From Ranitomeya imitator (Eukaryota), in the NCBI RefSeq assembly GCF_032444005.1, contig NC_091285.1, forward strand, positions 492,838,001 to 492,902,000: a stretch of DNA of 64,000 nt, read 5' to 3'. Under the pieces are notes generated by a model. The model was given only the letters and a program-made list of their open reading frames with translations, was not told where the DNA came from and searched no databases. Every line of letters starts with the position of its first letter. The stretch's first letter is position 1. Made by a program: the position numbers and the translations under genes. Below, piece by piece: positions 63,428-64,000 of the stretch.

Positions 63428-64000
63428 TAAAGGCTTACAAACAGCATCCCATTAATTTCTAATGCATTCCGCAATTGATGTGCCCATGCTGCATTTTTTT
63501 CCGCAGCGGAAACGCATTGCGTTAAAAAATGCAGCATGTTCATTATTTTTGCGGAATCGCGGCAATTCCGCACCCATAGACATGCATTATAAAAACGCTT
63601 GAAAATCGCATGCAAAATGCGTCAATTACGTGTCAAAAACGCGTCTAAATCCTCATGCATTTTTTCCTGCCAAGGGTGTGCAGATTTGAAGCAGAAAATT
63701 CTGCTTCAGTTCTGCAACGTGGGCACATAGCCTTCATACGTATGTGACTAGAAAGTTAATGCGGTTTTACCGAATCTAATGATAGTGAATGGTTAATTTA
63801 CACAGCAGAGACGGAGTGTCTCAGCTCCATAAATAGACATGCTGCGGTCTGTAAAGACGTGCCGCATGTCCGTCTCCGTAGGGAAGACGGAGGCTACCAT
63901 GCACGCATAGTTGGCATGAGATTTCTTGAAATCCCATCCACTATGCTGTAACATCTGGACGTTGCGGGTTTGATGTTGCGGATGTACAAAGCGTCCACCC

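Larger units (their letters stand above)
60580..63732. mobile_element. Harbinger-type MITE split by a piggyBac-like insertion
   Basis: TIR ggctatgtgcccacgttgca / tgcaacgtgggcacatagcc. Confidence 0.78.

Overview
Vertebrate genomic DNA, most likely a frog. That assignment is inferred from the TE complement (V-SINE, TTAA/TWA MITEs, CR1) and cannot be confirmed here. The only host gene I can support is the 5' part of GNB5 (G protein beta-5) on the + strand: a 42-codon long-isoform exon (MCDQTF..., 28552-28677) and the MATEGL... exon (55564-55675), joined in frame across a ~26.9 kb intron. Most of the rest is nested mobile DNA: several Tc1 copies (one an inverted pair), a decayed hAT transposase, five non-autonomous Helitron loci, a young chromodomain Gypsy inserted in an older gag-only LTR element, a solo LTR, a Gmr1-like fragment, CR1 and SINE pieces, many MITEs, and two piggyBac-like elements carrying TTAGGG arrays. 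The most notable signals are (i) four separate Penelope-type inserts carrying minimal hammerhead ribozyme motifs, (ii) self-priming (tRNA-independent) primer sites in two different LTR families, (iii) 6-bp target duplications at two insertions of one Gypsy LTR family, and (iv) telomere-like repeats carried by a transposon. All coordinates were read by eye; no alignments or searches were run.
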